This document shows, one piece after another, positions 63,691 through 64,000 of a DNA stretch of 64,000 nt (position 1 is its first letter; each line of letters begins with the position of its first letter). The position numbers and the translations under genes were made by a program. The DNA lies in the NCBI GenBank assembly GCA_013265495.1, contig MU061579.1, forward strand, positions 6,734,124-6,798,123, in the 5' to 3' direction. The notes under the pieces were generated by a model. The model was given only the letters and a program-made list of their open reading frames with translations. It was not told the origin of the DNA and did no database searches. This DNA comes from Vicugna vicugna. Lineage: Eukaryota.

Positions 63691-64000
63691 TGTTGTTTGA
63701 GCCAACAGAATGAGACCAGGTTTGGTCCAGAAGCAGAGGAAAGCTTTATTCTTTGATCAAAGAATGGAGAGGTGCTAGCTCGTGTCCTAGAGTCTACACT
63801 CTCCCTGACAGGTGGTTAGTGGGGCTGCTTTATGGAGTTCTCATCAATAGGGAGGGGGGCGGAGTTCTCAGGGGTAGGGCACAGCTGGAACTCACACTCT
63901 AGATTACAGTGCAGGACACAGCATCTCTGCACACTGCCCAGAGGCGATGTGTCGGCGCCGCCATTTCACACCGGGAACTCTGTTCTGAGGCACTGGGGGC
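63691..64000 (-). mobile_element. Younger ERV LTR, 3' part, cut by window edge
   Basis: Abrupt rise in GC/CpG; minus-strand AATAAA at 63750-63745 near a ...CA end; GC box and GCCGCCATTT (63957-63966) upstream. Confidence 0.75.

Noticed and set aside
1..64000. Most ORFs in the six-frame track as host protein-coding genes
   Set aside because: They are short, often use non-ATG starts, lie in repeats or low-complexity DNA, and show no recognisable domain. Only the L1 ORF1/ORF2 remnants are identifiable.
1..64000. CRISPR arrays, operons or other prokaryotic systems
   Set aside because: The sequence is mammalian and has no repeat-spacer arrays or dense coding blocks.

Overview
Mammalian genomic DNA, AT-rich and repeat-dense. 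It is most likely camelid (alpaca/llama/camel), judged from a tRNA-Ala-derived Vic-1-type SINE and cetartiodactyl-type L1 3' UTRs. I recognise no host protein-coding gene, and there are no prokaryotic features. The one CpG island (~15820-16900) looks like a bidirectional promoter with an ETS site, GC boxes and five YY1-type AAGATGGC motifs. It has a strong + strand donor at 16497 and a chain of small candidate exons with canonical splice sites on the - strand (ending 15499, 14930-14875, 14743-14685, starting 14503), suggesting a divergent lncRNA or micro-ORF pair. The most unusual structure is a 3.06-kb 'half-L1' (34974-38029; perfect 14-bp TSD; 5' UTR and near-intact ORF1; ORF2 endonuclease and RT absent). 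It sits inside a SINE/L1-tail chimera, which sits inside an old L1MC. The rest is old L1, L2, CR1, MIR, MLT/MER LTRs, hAT MITEs, younger LTRs and L1 3' fragments, plus a few unique motif-rich stretches. All repeat family names were assigned by eye from remembered consensus sequences; old-repeat boundaries are approximate and need RepeatMasker/Dfam confirmation.
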